Positions 58,895 to 64,000 of a DNA stretch of 64,000 nt are shown here, one piece after another. A program made the translations under genes and the position numbers. The number at the start of each line of letters is the position of its first letter. Positions within the stretch are counted from its first letter, which is position 1. This DNA comes from Candidatus Spongiisociaceae bacterium (GTDB lineage: Bacteria; Actinomycetota; Acidimicrobiia; Spongiisociales; Spongiisociaceae), in contig OZ253564.1 of NCBI GenBank assembly GCA_965262915.1, forward strand, positions 3,008,001 to 3,072,000, written 5' to 3'. Under the pieces are notes generated by a model, which was not told where the DNA came from, did not search any database, and was given only the letters and a program-made list of their open reading frames with translations.

Positions 58895-60710
58895 CCTGAA
58901 TCCACCGACGGCCTCCCCGGGGGGTGGTCCGGGGTGCGGTTGGTGGGGGGTTGAGGGGTTGGGGCTGGTTGGATTCGGGGGGTTTCGGGGGTGTGGTGGG
59001 TGTGGTTTGGTGGGTTAGGTAGTGTTGGGGGCTGGTTGGGATGGTTTCGGGCGTGTGTGGTCGGGGTTTGGGTGGTTGGTTATGGTTGCGGCGGGTCCGT
59101 CGGGCCGGGTCAGCAGAGCTGTGGCAGCGCCCGGAGGTTAGTGAGGGTGGTTAGGTAGGCGCCGGCCCAGGGCCATCGGGCGGGTAGACGCAGGAGGCGG
59201 CGTCCGCCGTGGTTGACGAGGCGTCCAGGGAGTCCGAACAGTCGGGTACGGATGGTACGTCCACAGACCAGCCGCCCGGGCGGCTGCGTACCCCCGAGGA
59301 GGGCTATCTGCCGGTAGAGGTTATGGGCTAGGGCGGCGCAGATCAGCCAGGCGGCGTTAGCTGCGAAGACGCCGGAGGGTAGGTGGGCGAGACCCCCGGA
59401 GTCTTTGAGGTCGCGGATGGCGAGTTCGCATGTGGCGTGGCGGCGGTGGTACCGGTCGATTTCGACCGCGGGCAGCGGGCTGTGCGCTTCCCCAGGGTTG
59501 TCACCGATCTCTACCACCGGCAGTTCGGCCACTTCGGTGTCTTGTTCGCCGCGGCGGGGTTGGTGACCGGTGTCGTCTTGTCCGGCCCCGGGTTGGTGGC
59601 GCCGGTCGGCTTCTGCCGCGGGCAGGTCCAGGTTGGTGACCAAGGTGTGGTACCGCCAGTCGGGCCACAGCTCGGCTTGGGAACCGACCAAGCGGGTGCG
59701 GCGCACTACCAGGCGAACCCGGCGTTTCTGCGACCGTTTCTTGGGGTTGGTCATCTCCAGGACTGTTTCCCCCACTTGTGCCAGCCCGCCTTCGGGATAG
59801 GCAATGGGGGTCCACGCGTCTTTGTCGATATTGCTGATCAGTGTCCTAATCTTGGCATTCAGCGGGCAGGTGATCGACCAGCCCACCCCGAGGCGGTCGA
59901 GGGCGGCCAAGAGGGTATAGGACCAGAACCCCGAATCGGCCCGCACGCTCACCGGGCCCCTGGCCCCGGCCCGTCGCACACGCCGCACTGTCTCCCCAAC
60001 GAAATGGACCACACCCCTCTGCGATGCTCCTTCCCGCAGACGGGCGCCGACCACTTCCCCCGTATCGGCTCGGAACGCCAACAGCGGGTGATAACCCAAC
60101 TCTTTGGTGTAGCCATAGGCGGCCCCTTGTTTGGTCTTGGCAGACACCTCACAGATCGTCGAGTCCACATCGAGGGTCACCGCTCCCTTGCCGGGACCGG
60201 CGCCCGCCCGCCACGCACGGCCCAGCGCTACGGTCACCACCTTCTCCAACTGGCGTACATGACCCCAGGTGAACGAACGCAGGAAGGTTCCCACAGTGGA
60301 CGGGGCCATCACCGCATGGGGCAGCACCCGGTCGGTGGAACCGGCCCGGAGCCGATCCACATGGTCAATATGGGAGGCGCCCACCAGCATCGCAGCTACC
60401 AACGTGCATACCTTACGACCCGGATGCGCGCCACCCACCCGGCCGCCCAACCGCACCGTCCGATCCACCAAACCTTCCAAACCCAAACGGTCCATCAACG
60501 TCCCGGCCGCCAACAACCCAGCGTCGGCCACCAGCCCCTCATCATCGAAAACCGCCTCATACCGGTCGATATTCTGCAATACTCCACTCACAGGAAGTGC
60601 CTCCAGACTCCGAGCCAATCACCATGTTTCGTATGGCTATTGTCCCAGATCAGAGGCACTTTCCGCGTCTATCCACCCCCAACCACAGAATATCTACCGG
60701 TGGATTCAGG
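58895..60710 (-). mobile_element. IS1380-family insertion sequence (1816 bp)
   Basis: TIRs CCTGAATCCACCG / CGGTGGATTCAGG; CTTAG direct repeats at 58890-58894 and 60711-60715; single DDE transposase. Confidence 0.92.
59110..60591 (-). CDS. IS1380-family DDE transposase
   Basis: LVADAGL, APSTVGTFLRSF, LDVDST, GYHPL, RADSGF, E.AIRDLK and FAANAAW motifs; GTG 60591 follows GGAGG (alternative start 60618). Confidence 0.92.
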   Translation of the reverse strand: MSGVLQNIDRYEAVFDDEGLVADAGLLAAGTLMDRLGLEGLVDRTVRLGGRVGGAHPGRKVCTLVAAMLVGASHIDHVDRLRAGSTDRVLPHAVMAPSTVGTFLRSFTWGHVRQLEKVVTVALGRAWRAGAGPGKGAVTLDVDSTICEVSAKTKQGAAYGYTKELGYHPLLAFRADTGEVVGARLREGASQRGVVHFVGETVRRVRRAGARGPVSVRADSGFWSYTLLAALDRLGVGWSITCPLNAKIRTLISNIDKDAWTPIAYPEGGLAQVGETVLEMTNPKKRSQKRRVRLVVRRTRLVGSQAELWPDWRYHTLVTNLDLPAAEADRRHQPGAGQDDTGHQPRRGEQDTEVAELPVVEIGDNPGEAHSPLPAVEIDRYHRRHATCELAIRDLKDSGGLAHLPSGVFAANAAWLICAALAHNLYRQIALLGGTQPPGRLVCGRTIRTRLFGLPGRLVNHGGRRLLRLPARWPWAGAYLTTLTNLRALPQLC

Positions 60711-60715
60711 CTTAG

Positions 60716-60814
60716 GAGGGTGGTGCAAAGCCCCTTCACGGCCCGTCGGCCGATGACATAATGCCTGTTCAGAGGAAGACGGGCCGTCGCTCCCCACCGT
60801 TTTGCCGCACCCTT
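60716..60814. repeat. 99-bp nested-palindrome intergenic repeat, copy 5
   Basis: ttag-GAGGGTG...CACCCTT-ctag; the flanking CTAG contains the fumC stop. Confidence 0.88.
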
Positions 60815-62206
60815 CTAGAGCACGCCCCCTTCGGTCATCCGCTTGATGTCGAGCACCCGATCGAGTTCATCCGCGTCCAGCAGGCCCTTCTCCAGCACCA
60901 CCTCCCGGATGGTACGACCGGACGCGAAAGCCTCCTTGGCGACCTCGGCACCCCTGTCGTAGCCGATGCGGGGGTTGAGGGCGGTCACCACGATCAGGTT
61001 GGCCTCCACCAGCTTCCTCGCCCGTTCGGCATCGGCCTCGATGCCCTCCACACAACGCTCCCGGAGGGTGGACGAGGCGCTGGTCAGCAAATCGATCGCC
61101 TCCAGAAGGTTGTGGGCGATCATCGGCATCATCACGTTCAGCTCGAGGTTCCCGTTGGCAGCCCCCCATGTGATGGCGGCGTCGTTGCCGATCACGTGAG
61201 CGGCCACCTGCATGACCATCTCGGGGATGACCGGGTTCACCTTTCCGGGCATGATCGACGAGCCGGGTTGGAGGACCGGGAGCTTGATCTCGGCCAACCC
61301 GGTGCGAGGGCCGGACGAAAGCCAGCGGAGATCATTGGCGATCTTGAACAGTGACACCGCCACCACCTTGAGGGTTCCCGAAGCCATGACCACCGCGTCC
61401 TTGGCGGCCTGGGCTTCGAAGTGGTTGTCGGCCTCGCGGAACGGGATTCCGGTCCTTCGGCCGATCAACCCGATGACCGAGGCGGCGAAGCCGGGGGGAG
61501 CGTTGATACCCGTTCCGACCGCGGTTCCTCCGAGCGCCAACTCGTCGAGGTCGGGCACCACCGCCAGGAGGCGTTCGACACCCCGGCGCGCCTGGACCCC
61601 GTAGCCCGAGAACTCCTGGCCCAGAGTGACAGGGGTGGCATCCATCAGGTGGGTCCGGCCTGATTTGACCACCTCCGAGAAGGCTGTCGCCCGAGTCTCC
61701 AGTGAGACTGCCAAGCCCTGCAGGGCGGGGATGAGACCCTCGCGTACGGCGGCCGACGCAGCTATGTGTATGGCAGTGGGTATCACATCGTTGGAGGACT
61801 GGCCGAAGTTCACGTGGTCGTTGGGATGTATCAACCGGTCACCGATCCCGCCGCCCAGAAGTTGGCCGGCCCGGTTGGCGATGACCTCATTGGTGTTGGT
61901 GTTGGTCGAGGTTCCCGATCCGGTCTGGAAGATATCGAGCACGAAGTGGCTGTCTAGGAGACCGGCCATCACCTCATCAGCGGCCCGGGCGATGGCAGAG
62001 GCTGTCTCGTCGGGCAGGTACCCGGCCTGCCCGGAGACATGGGCGGCCGAGCTCTTGATCAACCCGAGAGCCCAGATGAACCGGCGGCCGAACCGCAGGT
62101 TCGAGATAGGGAAGTTCTCCACCGCCCGCTGCGTCGAAGCTCCATACAAGGCGTCGGCAGGAACCTCGACCTCACCCATCGAGTCCTTCTCAACCCTGTA
62201 TCCCAC
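60815..62206 (-). CDS. fumC: Class II fumarate hydratase
   Basis: [23 protein letters not shown] and [11 protein letters not shown] motifs. Confidence 0.93.
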   Translation of the reverse strand: MGYRVEKDSMGEVEVPADALYGASTQRAVENFPISNLRFGRRFIWALGLIKSSAAHVSGQAGYLPDETASAIARAADEVMAGLLDSHFVLDIFQTGSGTSTNTNTNEVIANRAGQLLGGGIGDRLIHPNDHVNFGQSSNDVIPTAIHIAASAAVREGLIPALQGLAVSLETRATAFSEVVKSGRTHLMDATPVTLGQEFSGYGVQARRGVERLLAVVPDLDELALGGTAVGTGINAPPGFAASVIGLIGRRTGIPFREADNHFEAQAAKDAVVMASGTLKVVAVSLFKIANDLRWLSSGPRTGLAEIKLPVLQPGSSIMPGKVNPVIPEMVMQVAAHVIGNDAAITWGAANGNLELNVMMPMIAHNLLEAIDLLTSASSTLRERCVEGIEADAERARKLVEANLIVVTALNPRIGYDRGAEVAKEAFASGRTIREVVLEKGLLDADELDRVLDIKRMTEGGVL

Positions 62207-62365
62207 GTATTCCTCCCCGACCGGCCGGCACTCTCCCGTCGTCAAGACCTGCAAGGTTACCGTGCCGGGCCGGCCCACCAGAGAGTTGGAAACCGTAGGA
62301 GCATATAGTATGCATCCGGTGGACGGAGTATGATATACGGTGACAGAATTCCATACGGAGAAGTT

Positions 62366-62581
62366 ATGCGGATATCGGAACGTGGCCAGATCACCATCCC
62401 CAAACGGTTGAGGGATCAGTACGGGCTTACCCACAACGTGGAGGTGGAGATCACCCCCACCGAGATGGGCCTGCTCGTCCGGAAGCACACAACATCGAAG
62501 CATCCGGTGGATCGGGTGTACGGAATCCTGGACAGCGACGAGAGCGTCGACGACTACATCGAGGCAATCCGCGGCCGATGA
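62366..62581 (+). CDS. AbrB/MazE/SpoVT-type antitoxin
   Basis: [16 protein letters not shown]; overlaps the PIN gene start (ATGA). Confidence 0.88.
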   Translation: MRISERGQITIPKRLRDQYGLTHNVEVEITPTEMGLLVRKHTTSKHPVDRVYGILDSDESVDDYIEAIRGR

Positions 62582-62970
62582 TCACCGCGGTGGACACGAA
62601 CGTCCTGCTGGACGTCTTCCTTGCCGGTGCGCCTCATGGTCGACAGTCCAGGGACTGGCTCAGAGATGCCTACGACCGTGGGGCGATTCGCATCTGCAAC
62701 GTGGTCTACGCAGAACTCGTACCGGTGTTCGGCGGTCGAGCTTCCCTCGACGGTGCGCTCCGAGAACTCGGCGTCGCGGTTACTCCGATCGACAACGCCA
62801 TGGCCTACGAGGCCGGGATGCGTTGGCTGCCCTACCGCCGGTCCGGTGGCCCGAGGAAGCGGATCTTCACGGACTTCCTCATCGGCGCCCACGCCCTCTC
62901 ATCGGCCGATGCGTTTCTTACCCGAGATCGTGGCTTCTCCAGGTATTTCCCGGAACTGACGCCGGAGTGA
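62578..62970 (+). CDS. vapC: VapC-family PIN-domain toxin
   Basis: [20 protein letters not shown] and LTRD motifs. Confidence 0.9.
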   Translation: MITAVDTNVLLDVFLAGAPHGRQSRDWLRDAYDRGAIRICNVVYAELVPVFGGRASLDGALRELGVAVTPIDNAMAYEAGMRWLPYRRSGGPRKRIFTDFLIGAHALSSADAFLTRDRGFSRYFPELTPE

Positions 62971-63358
62971 GAGGTCCGCGGGTAGGCAGAGGCCGATCCC
63001 CCCTGTCCTCGGCCCTCCTGCCGCTGCTCGAGGAACACCTGGTCGTCGCTGTCGCCTCGTTAAGGGCCGCACACTCGGTCTGCCCTGGGTGAGCACGTAT
63101 CCGCGGACTCTCCGGGGCATACTCGACTCGAAGCGGTCGCCGTAGTCGCAACCTCGTTCGGATCATGCTCGGGGTCCGTCGGGGAGCGGGCCGGGTGACA
63201 TATTCCGGCAGTTGCGTTCAAGGTCCGCAAACGGCGGCGGTCCCGCGAGCGGCACACGCAGAGGTGGAATGCAGCGAAGGGCGTAGATGGCTGCTGGGAC
63301 ACACCAAACCGTCTTGCAGGCCGGCGATTGCCTCCCACCCCGCCAATAACCTATGTCT

Positions 63359-64000
63359 ATGAGCACAGGGAATTTGCTCCTAGTCGAGGATGATCGAGGG
63401 GTGCGGGAGTCGTTGTGCCGCGCCCTCGAGTTGGAGGGGTTCGATGTGTGCGCGGCGTCCGACGGCCTTGTGGCGCTCGACATGCTCATTGCGCACACTC
63501 CCGACACCATCATCCTCGACGTGATGATGCCGCGCCTCGACGGGTTGGAAGTGGCCCGGCGGGTCCGTGCCCGCGGGGATACCACGCCGATCCTCATGCT
63601 TACTGCCCGCCATGAGGTGTCGAGCCGAGTTGACGGCCTCGACGCCGGCGCCGACGACTATCTGGTCAAGCCCTTCGCCCTCGACGAACTGCTTGCTCGG
63701 ATCCGGGCCTTGCTTCGTCGCAGCGGGCTCTCCGGGCAGGGCAACCGGTTACGTCTGGCGGACCTGTCGCTCGACCCGGCTGCCCGCCGGGTCTTCAGGC
63801 GAAGTCGGGAGATCATCCTGACCAAGACCGAGTTCGACCTGCTGGAACTACTGCTGTTCAACGTCCGGATCGTGCTCTCGCGGGGCGTGATCATGGATCG
63901 GATCTGGGGATACGACTTCGAGACCAGCTCCAATCCGCTCGAGGTGTACATCGGTTACCTGCGCCGGAAGCTGGAGGCTGCCGGGGAGCCGCGGCTCATC
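63359..64000 (+). CDS. OmpR-family response regulator, MprA-like (3'-truncated by window edge)
   Basis: Translated by hand: LLLVEDD...[11 protein letters not shown]...[10 protein letters not shown]...[25 protein letters not shown]. Not in the ORF track because there is no stop codon in the window. Confidence 0.9.
   Translation, partial: MSTGNLLLVEDDRGVRESLCRALELEGFDVCAASDGLVALDMLIAHTPDTIILDVMMPRLDGLEVARRVRARGDTTPILMLTARHEVSSRVDGLDAGADDYLVKPFALDELLARIRALLRRSGLSGQGNRLRLADLSLDPAARRVFRRSREIILTKTEFDLLELLLFNVRIVLSRGVIMDRIWGYDFETSSNPLEVYIGYLRRKLEAAGEPRLI

Noticed and set aside
62300-62360. TA operator palindromes (CATA-TAG-TATG; GTATG...CATAC)
   Set aside because: Plausible by position but too short to tell from chance.
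62980-63350. MprA box or ncRNA upstream of the response regulator
   Set aside because: No TCTCAG-type direct repeat or recognisable structure seen.

Overview
GC-rich actinobacterial chromosome segment. Gene content and order suggest class Acidimicrobiia; the eukaryote-like LRR and SLH-anchored surface proteins would fit a host- or sponge-associated lineage, but that is inference. Most of the window is housekeeping: ffh-rpsP-khpA-rimM, upp-atl-deoA, etfBA, ligC/prim-polC, recG-rsmD-coaD-sepIVA-like-yceD-rpmF-plsX-rnc-mutM-smc-ftsY-cdd, hydrolase-murF-like-ddl-like, acs, fabI, lpdA-dlaT-(lipB-lipA fusion), sufCSU, fumC, vapBC and a partial mprA-like regulator. The accessory signals are: (1) three tandem secreted beta-propeller genes plus a remnant of a fourth, each intact copy preceded by the same GGGAACC-N17-CGTC ECF-sigma-type promoter; (2) a 1214-aa mosaic surface protein (LRR + probably inactive zinc-protease-like domain + SLH-like + betaine-binding domain) flanked on both sides by internally deleted paralog remnants; (3) a complete IS1380-family element with CTTAG target duplication and a 188-bp MITE with the same ends and target; (4) five copies of an unannotated ~99-bp nested-palindrome intergenic repeat with interchangeable arms, the IS sitting at the junction of two copies; (5) a second, tandem MITE-like repeat. 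No rRNA, tRNA or CRISPR array was recognised. All calls were made by eye, without database searches.
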